Assembly: GCA_905178155.1 (NCBI GenBank)
Contig: CAJINV010000004.1
Location: 8,894,411-8,958,410, forward strand
Source of the DNA: Amoebophrya sp. A120
Lineage: Eukaryota > Protista > Dinoflagellata
DNA: 64,000 nucleotides
Reading direction: 5' to 3'
Part shown: positions 24,446-34,309 of the stretch, one piece after another
How the letters are laid out: each line of letters begins with the position of its first letter
Numbering within the stretch: position 1 is the stretch's first letter
Made by a program: the position numbers and the translations under genes
Notes under the pieces: generated by a model
Seen by the model: the letters and a program-made list of their open reading frames with translations, nothing else
What the model was told of the DNA's origin: nothing
Databases searched by the model: none

Positions 24446-27400
24446 ATGTATGACGATTACAACGACCACGCTCCACCGCGACGCCCGCACCGCCCTCCGC
24501 GTCCGTCCGTGCTGGACCAGATTCTTGGCCTCTGCTGCAAACGCCCTTCGGGACGAGGGCGGAAGGGTCGTGGCAAGGGAAAGAAGGGGAAGGGGCGCGG
24601 GAAGGGGCGGGGGGCGGTGGCGGATCCGGAAGATGATTTTTTTGTCGAAGATGATATCACCAGTATGGAGGAAGAACTCCCAGCACCGGCGAAGCAGATT
24701 GTATGCTCCCGGCAAATATTTAATATTAAAGGGGTGTCGGAATCGTATGCTCCTCGTTGTATAGAATTTTTGCAAGATATGTGTGTTACTTGTATGACAT
24801 GAGACTTCTATTTCTTGACGTTCGCTGTCGCTGCCTGAACTAGCATGAGGACAAAAAATTGCAGTTTTTTCTACCGATGAAAAATATGCCTACTTCGCTT
24901 AAATGCGATTTGTACTTCACTTTTTCTGAAAAAGAAAAACTTTATCCCACACTCCTTTTGCACGGTCGATAAGGGCAAAAAGGCAAAGGGAAGATGATCA
25001 AAGGCAAGGACAAAGGCAAGGGGAAGAAAGGCAAGCCCTTTGTTGTTGAGGAAACCGACGAGGAGGCGCTGACCAACGAGGAGAGCGCAACGGACGCCGA
25101 GGAAGACTCGGCAGAGGAGAGCGAACGGGATCCCACCCCTACCTACCAGTTTATCAAATGCAAAAATGTCTGGGTCTGGAACAAAGCAACTTGTCATGCT
25201 AAAGTTGAATCATGTAAAAATCTGTGTTGCATGATTACGAAAAAATAATGCCCACTTTTGACCAAAGTGAGAGGGAGTTTGTCATGCAGGACAGATCGAT
25301 GATAGAGATGTCACAGAATCTGTCATGCTAGGTCCTGCATTCCAACCCGCATGCATCATCGAAAACCTGCATGACAAACCTTGGAGTCTTCCAGACCCAG
25401 ACATACTTATTTGCATTTGATACAGTTCACCATGCGGCAAATCGTTCTTGGCGCGGTACTATCCTGTGCAAAAGCATCGTACTCGTAGTAATCGCAAGCA
25501 TGCATTACAAGTCTCCATCCCAAGGCAAAGCAGCATGACGAATTTCATATATCATGCTGAGCTAATTTGTATTGCAATTGCTACTAGTACGATACTTTTG
25601 CAGTTCATATGTACTGGCGGCTCTGATCGGCGGCGCTTTCGCCGCCATCATCACTGCCGTGGCGATGGACAGCTATCAAATGCAAATATGTCTCAGTCTG
25701 GAAACTTGTGATGCTGAGTGGTGCATGACTGAAATACTTCCCCATGCAGCTACGCATGACAAGTTACCCGCACTACACTTTCTCAGGCGGAGTCTGCATG
25801 AGAAACTGCACTTTTGTACTTATGACAACAGAGGGTATCTTTTTGCTAGTCGTGGTGCAACACAGATTTTACAGGAGTGCAGGGCTAGCATTACAAGTTC
25901 CATGCTTCCAGACCCAGACATATTTGCACTGGATAACAGCGGCGACGAAACAAGTTCTGCCTCATCTTCCACGTCTTCGGGTACCGCGCCGACCCCCTCG
26001 CCGACCCCGGCAACAACCAGTCCGACGCCCTCGCCGACCCCGGCTACGACCAGTCCGACGCCCTCGCCGACCCCGGCTACGACCAACCCGACGCCCTCGC
26101 CGACCCCCGTCTCGCCGACACCCGCCTCACCGACCCCGGCGCCCGCGCCGACGCCGTCCGGCACTTGCCAGGCGACTTTCACGCAGCCTGCGCCGCCCGC
26201 GAATCCTGACAGTACTACTTACATACTGCTTTTTCAAGAACTTGTCAGCTGGTACTCTATGATTGAATCAAAACTATGCGCAAAAATGTTGACATCGTGT
26301 GAAGAGCCTGACTGTCAATCTGAAACTGATGGTAGAAAATGAGAGCATGAGCAAATAAGGTAAGTACACAAATCTGATCTTCTCAGTGACGCCACCTGTG
26401 ATCGATGCGGACCTCGAGTGTGACGCGAGCGAGTACGCGAACATTGCCAATGCGCCGGCCGAGTGCGCCGCGTACACGACCCGGCCGACGGGCGGCAACT
26501 TATCCAGGAAAAAACACCTCCCATCCCCATCCATTTTTTGCATGACAAGTAGTGGATTTTATGCATGTTTTGCATGACAAATTGGGTTGGGATGGGTGTT
26601 TTTTCCTGGATGCGACTCCGTGAACCCCTATGAACTGATCCCCCTGGCCTGCCACGCGCCCAACTGGGACATTGTGAACAACGTGCAGCTATGAACTGCA
26701 AAAGCATCGTACTAGTAGTAATCGCATTACAAATTTGCTCTCATGCTGAGTTACCTTGAAAAAAAGATTTGTCATGCATAAATGCGAGGATTACTACGAG
26801 TACGATACTTTTGCACAGAATAGCAGCCGGCCATCGAGCTGGTGCAGAACTCCCCTGACTTTTTGTCCAAGTACGTGACGTATGGATTGCAAAAGTGTCT
26901 GGGTCTGGAAGATTGCAACTTGTGATGCTGCATTTGGATTCTACAAAAATCTGTATTGCATGAACAGCAAAAGAGGCCCAGCTTTTGCGACGGCGAGAGG
27001 ACATTTCTCATGCGGTATAGGCATCAGGAAGCCATCTCCATCACAAAATCTGTGATGCTGGGGCATGCGTCACAGACATCAGGAGTCATGCGAAATGTGC
27101 ATGACAAGCCTTGCATCCTTCCAGACCCAGACATTTTTACACTTGATATGACACAGCACACCATGACCACGAAGGAGGCCATCGTGGGGCAGCTGCAGCG
27201 CGCGCAGCAGACCGCGGCCGCGAAGTGGGTCAGCGACATGGCCACCATCAAGGGCGGCGACATGCCGCAGGGGACCATCTCGAAGTGCAGCACCCGAACC
27301 TTAAACGGCGTGCTGCAGGCGGCGCGGAAGAAGGGGTACAAAGCGCTGACCGTGATCTGGTACAACCTTCCCAACCGGGACTGCAACGCCGACGCGAGTA

Positions 27401-30400
27401 ACGGCGAGATCTGCTGCGACGGCACGACCAACGGCTTCACGACGAAGTGCGCGCAGGAGGCGATCGGCGGCAGCTCCTACGACGACGGGCAGTGCGAACA
27501 GGGGCTCCAGGTGTACGAAAACCAGTACGCGCTGCCTTTGTTTAACGTGTTGAAGTCCTACAACGACATCCGCTTAACGCTTGTTCTCGAGGTCGACTCC
27601 CTCCCGAATTTCATCACCAACGAGGGCAAGAAGAAGTGCACGGCCGAGACCAAAAACGCCTACATAACGGGAATCGGACTCACGCTGGACCTGCTCGCCC
27701 AGCTGCCCCACGTGACCACCTACATGGACGCCGGGCACGGGCACTGGCTGGGGTTCGTGGCGACCTCGTGGCCGAAGTACGTCGAGCAGGTCAAGACCTG
27801 GATGACGCCGAGCGGGAAGTTATGCTGAGTAAAAATGTCCCCACCCCATACTTGTCATGCAGATTTGCAGTTACAGGAAGATTTGTAATGCGCATCCCCA
27901 AAGGGGTACGTCGTCTCTTCCGTGAGAACAAAAACGTAAGGCGTAAAATGGGTCGGGTCCTGGATCGTTCTGTATGTTGGGCTGTCGCGCTCGGCTAGCT
28001 GGCCGGGCTGTGCTGATCAGGTGTGGTGGGTAGCTCCCGACTGGTTGGTACTTTTCAGCGGGCGACTTGCCGTGGTAGCGCTCGGCTTTTGTATGATGAG
28101 GTCGCCGAAAGTGCTTCCTCGCCCACCCCCCGGGGAGGGGATTCTTGACCTGTGGCGCTGGGAGCGGGTGTCCACTACATGATGATGATGCGCATCCCCA
28201 TGAGGCATGAGCAGAGGCATTTCCCATCGTGTTTTGGACTTTGTAATGCTGTAAACAGGATGACTAGATGGATTTGTGTTGCGGCTGTACATGCTAAACT
28301 GCACTACACTACAGAGAGGAACTTGTCATGCTTGACTCCCAAAACTTGTCGATTTGTGTTGCGAGATCCCCATCTTGACTATGGGGTGGGGACGTCGACG
28401 TTTTTACTCACGATACAAGTCCTTCATCAGCCAGATGCGCGGGTTCGCGATCAACACGAGCAACTATGACAGTGCACAACTCCCCCTCCTCCTCATTTGT
28501 CATGCAGAAACCCAAATCCACTTGCTACCTTGTGGCACCGCGTGCATGACAAATTCGTGAAATCCAAACATTAGTACACTCGGCGCATGAACTTGTCATG
28601 CACAGGTCCACTTGTACTGATGTTTGCAATGCTGTTGATGCCATACAAATGAGGGGGAGGGGGAGTTGTGCACTTTCATAGCAACTACCAACCGGTGGAC
28701 ACTTCCACCTACGGGCAGATGCTGGCCGCGAACGTGTTGAAGGCGAAGGAGCCGTGGCGGTGCACCGACAACGCGTGGTTTTCGAAGATGTTGTGGGACG
28801 AGTTCCAAAAACCGGTCATTGTGGACGTCGGGCGCAGCGGGAACTCGTGCTACGGCGACCCGTTATGAACGGCAAACATGTCGGGGTCTGGAAGGATGCA
28901 ACCTGTGATGCTACCTCTGGATTCTACGTAAAATCTGTCTTGCATGAACAGCAAAAAAGGTCCAGCTTTTTGCAACGCGGACAGGGCATTTCTTATGCGG
29001 TATGGGCATCAGAAAGTCCTCGCAGAGTCTGTGATGCTACGGCATGCATCACAGAAATCATGAGGCATGCAAAATCTGCATGACAAACTCCTGCATTCTT
29101 CCAGACCCTGACATATTTGCATTTCATACCCGTCGGGTACGGACGACTTCAAGGCGTTCGAGAACTGGTGCAACGCAGCGCGCGCGGCGCTGGGGCCGCC
29201 GCCGCGGGCGCTGCCGTATCGCGAGGAAAAATCCATCCTCCCCATATCATCAACATGGAAGTTTGTGATGCTGATTTGTGGTCACAAATCGCCTTTGTCT
29301 TGCCTATAGGGCAATGGGAGCCATGTGGCGCATTCCAGAGCCAGTCTGTCATGCGCTTTCGACTACTGCAAACCTGTTTGCCATGCCTATCTGCTAGCCT
29401 GTTGCATATCCAAACAGGCTTAGATGAAAATGCCGCCATGCACTTCCTGCAAAAGAAATGTGATTTGTGTACGCACTTCCAGCATGAGAAATTTCGTTTT
29501 GATGTGGGGAGGGGGTATTTTTCACTGTAATACGCCGTGCACGGTCACCTTCGACCGCCCGGACGACATGTACGTCAGCGACGACGTGCTACGGATTGCA
29601 AATATGTCTGGGTCTGGAAAAATGTTGGAGCTTGTAATGCTAGTTTTCCATACCTAGAAAATCTATATTGCATACCCAACAAAACTAGTCACAGCCTCTT
29701 TTGTACATGCAAAAACGCAATTTCTCATGCGGATTGCCTATGAGAAAGCGTTCTGGAAAGTTGTCATGCTGGGTTGATGTATTCGGAATTGTTTCCATCA
29801 TCCACATTTTAGCATCACAAATTTCCACACCCAGAAATAGAAATATTTGCATTTGATACGTGCCGTCCATGAGCAACTTGCCGGCGGGGGCGATTGACGC
29901 GTGGGTGTGGCTGAAGACGCCGGGGGAGGTGGACGGGTGCAGTCACGCCGTGATCTATCCAGGAAAAAAAGTGTGTAAGTGTAACTTTCTTTGACGAACA
30001 GCATCACAAATTTGCTCTACATGACAGAGAAAACCTGTCATGCATGGTTTATAAGGGAAAACACACATGAAAATAGGACTTCATGGCTGTCTGGCATGAC
30101 AGGTGTAACTCTGTTGCATCTTCTGCAACACAAATTTACACTTACACAGTTTTTTTCTTGCATATGATCCCGGCGAGCTCCTGGTGGATGACGGCGGAGG
30201 CCTCCGTCTTTCGCGACTTGGTCGGCGGCACGGGGTTATGAACTGTAAAAGTGTCTGGGTCTGGAAGAATCCAACTTGTCATGCTGATTTTGGATTGTAA
30301 AAAAATCTGTATTGCATGAGCAGCAAAGAGAGCCCAAGTTTTGCTACACGGAAAGATGAGCATTTGTCATGCGGTATAGGCATCAGGTAGCCCTCACAAA

Positions 30401-31010
30401 ATCTGTGATGCTAGGGCATGCATCACAGACATCAAAAGTCATGCAAAACGTGCATGACAAAGAACCTGGCAATCTTCCAGACCCAGACATTTTTACATTT
30501 GATAGGGGTGGGACCCCACGGCGAAGTTCTGCAACGCGAACGTCGACCACATGTGCGAGATGGCGGTTATGGGATTCTCAATTGTTACATTCTCAACTGT
30601 TACATGAATTTGTCATGCAAAAGCACCATCATCATCCTCACGCTCACGATCAAGCTGCTCCGCATGACAAATTTGCGAAGGGCTGAGCCGTGCCGAAATC
30701 TGCGCCAGCCTTGTAATGCAAAAGGCGCAATCTTCCTCCTTTCACTTTTGCCAGTCTTGCATTACAAATTCATGTAACAGTTGAGAGTGTAACGTTTGAG
30801 AACTTCATAGCTGTGGGCGACGTGCAGGGCCTGTGGGCCGGGAGCGGCACCCCCATCGAGATCCCGGACGCGGGCCGGTTTTCGCCCCACAACATCATCA
30901 CCCTGGCGACCAACGCTGCGATTCTGGGCATCGGGGACTCGTCCGCCCAGTACACGGGTTGCTTGAAAGCTACGGACGCGGGGCAGTTCGAAGTCGTCAC
31001 GTCCAGGTAA
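24446..31010 (+). CDS. Glycoside hydrolase family 6 cellulase with N-terminal membrane anchor and Pro/Thr linker (start may be 24226)
   Basis: After removing 15 introners and 1 GT-AG intron: TM IVLGAVLAALIGGAFAAIITAVA, PT linker, YNLPNRDC, LEVDSLPN, YMDAGHGHWLG, RGFAINTSNY, IVDVGRSG, WCN, WLKTPGEVDG and PDAGRF motifs. Confidence 0.92.
24702..24971. mobile_element. Degenerate introner (270 bp)
   Basis: tatgctcccggcaaa...aaggggtgt / acactccttttgcacggtcgata; TSD decayed; element plus 5 nt removal is in frame. Confidence 0.55.
25152..25422. mobile_element. Introner family A (271 bp)
   Basis: TSD cagtt; frame restored (YQF|TMRQ). Confidence 0.95.
25460..25609. mobile_element. Introner family C, reverse orientation (150 bp)
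   Basis: tatcctgtgcaaaag...ttttgcagttcata; TSD ggtac/tgtac; splits the TM helix. Confidence 0.93.
25674..25935. mobile_element. Introner family A (262 bp)
   Basis: TSD acagc; frame restored (MDS|GDET). Confidence 0.95.
25988..26160 (+). repeat. Coding tandem repeat (~33 bp unit) encoding PTPSPTPATTS linker
   Basis: ccgacgccctcgccgaccccggctacgaccagt repeated about 3.5 times. Confidence 0.9.
26212..26386 (+). other. Canonical GT-AG intron
   Basis: gtacta...ttctcag; join NPD|MTPPVID is in frame. Confidence 0.75.
26501..26612. mobile_element. Introner type G (112 bp, the smallest)
   Basis: TIR tatccaggaaaaaacacc..catccc / gggatgggtgttttttcctggatg; TSD caact/cgact; frame restored (GN|SVNPY). 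Confidence 0.88.
26690..26822. mobile_element. Introner family C (133 bp)
   Basis: TSD gcagc; frame restored. Confidence 0.93.
26881..27148. mobile_element. Introner family A (268 bp)
   Basis: TSD tgacg/tgaca; frame restored (YVT|QHTM). Confidence 0.93.
27821..28415. mobile_element. Introner family B with nested insertion (595 bp)
   Basis: tatgctgagtaaaaatgtccccacccca / tggggtgggg...tttttactcacgata; TSD gaagt/caagt; frame restored (SGK|SFISQMRGFA). Confidence 0.9.
27901..28187 (+). mobile_element. SINE-like retroposon with (ATG)n tail
   Basis: 13-bp TSD atgcgcatcccca (27888-27900 and 28188-28200); 3' tail catgatgatg. Confidence 0.75.
28465..28680. mobile_element. Introner type H (216 bp)
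   Basis: TIR tatgacagtgcacaactccccctcctcctcatttgt; TSD gcaac; splits the NTSN|Y motif. Confidence 0.95.
28864..29128. mobile_element. Introner family A (265 bp)
   Basis: TSD cccgt; frame restored. Confidence 0.93.
29217..29532. mobile_element. Introner family E (316 bp)
   Basis: TIR ...gaaaaatcc..cctccccatatc / gatgtggggagggggtatttttt..ata; TSD tgccg/cgccg. Confidence 0.9.
29590..29858. mobile_element. Introner family A (269 bp, TAC start)
   Basis: TSD cgtgc; frame restored (DDV|PSMSN). Confidence 0.92.
29956..30164. mobile_element. Introner family F (209 bp)
   Basis: TIR tatccaggaaaaaaagtgtgtaagtgtaa / ttacacttacacagttttttttcttgcata; TSD tgatc. Confidence 0.93.
30237..30504. mobile_element. 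Introner family A (268 bp)
   Basis: TSD ggggt; frame restored (GTG|WDPT). Confidence 0.95.
30568..30809. mobile_element. Introner type I (242 bp)
   Basis: ~50-bp TIR tatgggattctcaattgttacattctcaactgttacatgaatttgt; TSD gcggt/gctgt. Confidence 0.92.
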
Positions 31011-31772
31011 AAACTAAAACGCAGTGACCGATGTCGGACATTTTTGTTTTTCTGCATTTGTAGTATCTGCACGACGTTCTTCGACGTCTCAGGTTGTACC
31101 AAGTTCTCACATTCCGTGTCACTTTTCCGTTCTTCTAAACAAATTGTTTCGTTTTTATCAACATGGAAGTATACCAACCGCCCAGCATTCTTTTGTTGCG
31201 GCTACACTTACAGTTTGCAGTGCAAGAGATGTGAGTGAGCTGCACTTGTAGCTGTACCACATGCTGTTTTGAAGCTCCACCGATTTTATTTTGCAGGACA
31301 AGGCTTTCTTAATTCTAAAAATTCTGGTTCACCCATTCCACTTGCTACGACGAACTACGAACTAACCAACACCCGCAAGGAACTACGTAAGGGGTCTTCA
31401 CACGACGAAAGGCTTTTTACGAAGTACGAACTAAGTGAGGGGCAGCATCAGCAACAGCATCTTGTCTCCTGTGCTTTCATGTGTTCGGGTCACGAAAAAA
31501 ATCTGTTTGTGCCGATCGCAATATAAAAATCGGTTGTTGATGTTGCAGAGAATGTTGAGTCACATCAGTGCTTTCTACTTTCTGACCGTTATCATAAGAT
31601 TCAGAAACGGTCCGGAAAGTAGAATCCAACACGTAAGTACACACGAAGTTTTAGCTGTGACAAAGCCTGAATGGGAATCAATGAATCATTCCAAGATAAG
31701 TAAGAAAACAGAGCAGCCTCGTAGTTCAAGATCACCATAACAAGTTCAAAGCTCTCTGTGCTTTTCCCAAAA

Positions 31773-33585
31773 ATGTTTCCCACTGCCGGTTTCGCTTTGC
31801 AGCGCGACGAACAGGTTTTTGAAAGCAATGCGACCGTCGACAACAATAAAACCGATAGCGGTTTTGCTGGTTTTAAGTACACTAGCTCTACCGCATCTCA
31901 GCCGCAGCAGCCACCACAACAGCAGCAGCAGCAAATTGCACTCGCCACGACCACAGAGGAGCCGGTGTCCTTGCAGCTCGGTTTGGAGAAATTCAAGGAT
32001 GCGCAGTATTTGAGTCTGTCATCAGGTGGCCGGGGAGAGAAAACCAAAAGCAGTTCTACTTTTGCTTCTTCTAGTACTCTCCGCCACACGTCGTGGTCTT
32101 CAAGTGGACAACCCCGCAGCCGGGACAAAATCGAACAGGAGGTGAGACAGTTCGAAAAAGTGATTGATCAGGCGGTTCTGGAATGTAGTTCTACTTCTAG
32201 CGGAACAACGGATGGTAAAACGAAGATTATTTTCACGGGCGGATTGGAGTCTAAAGAGCAACTGCTCGCGTTGCAACGGCAGGTGAAATTACTACTGAAA
32301 GAATTGCAGCAACTGGGTGAGGCACAACGAGCAATCGTGGAAGAGCAGAAGGGCAGTGCAAATGGGAGTCTTGCAGAGAAGCAGCAGAAGAAAGGAACAA
32401 GTAGCAGCAGCTCGGCCGCTTTGAAGAACGATAATAATACTGATTTCTCTACTGACCAGAAATACGACGAAGTTGCGCTCCAAAACGCCGTGGAGAGGCT
32501 GAATAGGAAGTTAAAGAGCGGCGGTGGAACCAAGAATTATACTAGCCAAAATAAAGATGGGTCGTCTGATAGTACCACTACTAGCAACCTCGCGAAAATT
32601 GAAATTTACTGCGACAAGAGGGACAGAACGTCAACCTCGTTGTTGAAAGCTTTGGAAAAGAAGATCGCGAGTTTGGAGGAGAAAATTTTCGGCGTTGTGA
32701 ATCCGCAAGAGGAAATGGTCTTGGCCGGCGGCGACGAATCACTACACGAGACGTTGACACGTATTGTTTTTCTTCATCGGTAATATTTTGCTTCATCGGT
32801 GCAGATGTTAAAAACTAAATTGACATGTCATGTTACAAGAACTTCTAGTGATTTTGTTGGAAAATATTAAAGCTCTATCACCACAAAATCAAAATCAGGC
32901 GTGAGCCGAACGTTAAAAGACCTCGACACCGGCCGTCTCGACGCCATTGCCGAGTCTTTGCGCTCTTTGAAAAAGCAGAAAGAGGCCGCGATCGAGGGGG
33001 GAGAAAATAACACGGCCGACCCAGCAGGAGAAGTACAAAGGCTATCCGTGATCGACAACACCAACACACGGCAGATGGCGAAAAGGTCCTCGTTGCTCTT
33101 TCACCAGCAGGCCGCGCTTACCAGAGCGGCAGAGCAGCAGACGGTGGAAGAGGAACAGTTGGAGGAGCTGTATAGTCTCTGTGAAAATCTGTTCTCCGTG
33201 TCCTCGAAAAAGATCCCGCATTTCCTCGCCCGGATTGAGACGTTCAAGGATTTTCGAGAGAATGAAAGTCGCGTGATAGCAGATTTTATGAACTGCAAAA
33301 GTATCGTACTCGTATGAATGCATTACAAATTTCCTCAGCATGAGAGAAAAAATTTGTAATGCGGATTTCCCTTAAGATAAAGATTTGTAATGCAAGCCTT
33401 GCATTTATAGTTATACGAATACGATACTTTTGCACAGGATAGATTTGGAGCGAGTCGAGGGGCAGCAATTGGACGTGCGGAAGAAGCTGGAAACGTGTAA
33501 GCAAGCGCTGGAAGCGCTGCAGGGCGGGTTAGCGGAAAATATTGCGGTGATGCAGAAAAATTTTAGAAAATTAGGCGGTGGGTGA
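31773..33585 (+). CDS. DCTN2: Dynactin subunit 2 (dynamitin/p50)-like
   Basis: N-terminal DEQVFES, ALEKKIASLEEKI, LEELYSLCE..IPHFLARIETFKDFRE and C-terminal LQGGLAENIAVMQKNF resemble dynamitin; GT-AG intron 32761-32898 and introner 33287. Confidence 0.7.
32761..32898 (+). other. Canonical GT-AG intron
   Basis: gtattg...aaaatcag; join TLT|RVSRT is in frame. Confidence 0.8.
33287..33441. mobile_element. Introner family C (155 bp)
   Basis: TSD gattt; frame restored (IAD|LERVE). Confidence 0.95.
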
Positions 33586-34309
33586 GCGAGGACGTGATCA
33601 TCTTCGCTTCAAACTGCTTCATTTGACATCAATTTTTTGCTCGAAGTCATTTACCGTGAACGTCAAGTCAGATGTCTTTGTCACGTCGCACTTGGAGAAG
33701 CAGTACTGCAGTATTAAGCATGGAGTCGAGGCATCAGACTCAAACTTATCGTGACCACGTCAACGTCTGCTACAGCGCAACTCGAAGTCGGTACTTCCTC
33801 GAACAGCAGCTTTGCATGTGTCAAGCGAAATTTAGAAAGCTCCGTCGGTACGTGCAACCTCCAGAAATTTCGTTCGGTCCGTGAAACTCGAATAAAAAGA
33901 AAGTCCAAAAAAATTTCGGTGGTCCTTCGTGCAGAGATCTGTATAGATTTTCGTTTCATCGTACAACCTGTTGCCCAACTCGTACTTCGTGCTACGTACG
34001 CCTTACCTGCTATTGAGCAGCATTTTGGAGTAGATTAAAAACCGTTTGTCTTCTTGCCTTAATACTTCACAGGACCTCATTTCACATTTTCACCCAATAA
34101 TTTTTTCGTACATTACATTAGTTCCACATCTTCATGCGATTCGATTTGATCCAGGGGGGCGCTCCCCCCTTCTTTGCAAGACCATTGCTTTACCCTAATC
34201 GGTGAGGTTATCTCAACAGACATGACCAAGCTTTTACATTACTCTGCTCTACTATTCTAATTCATTTCTCATTCGTGCCTTAATGCACAGTTTGTTTCCC
34301 ATTCTGAAG

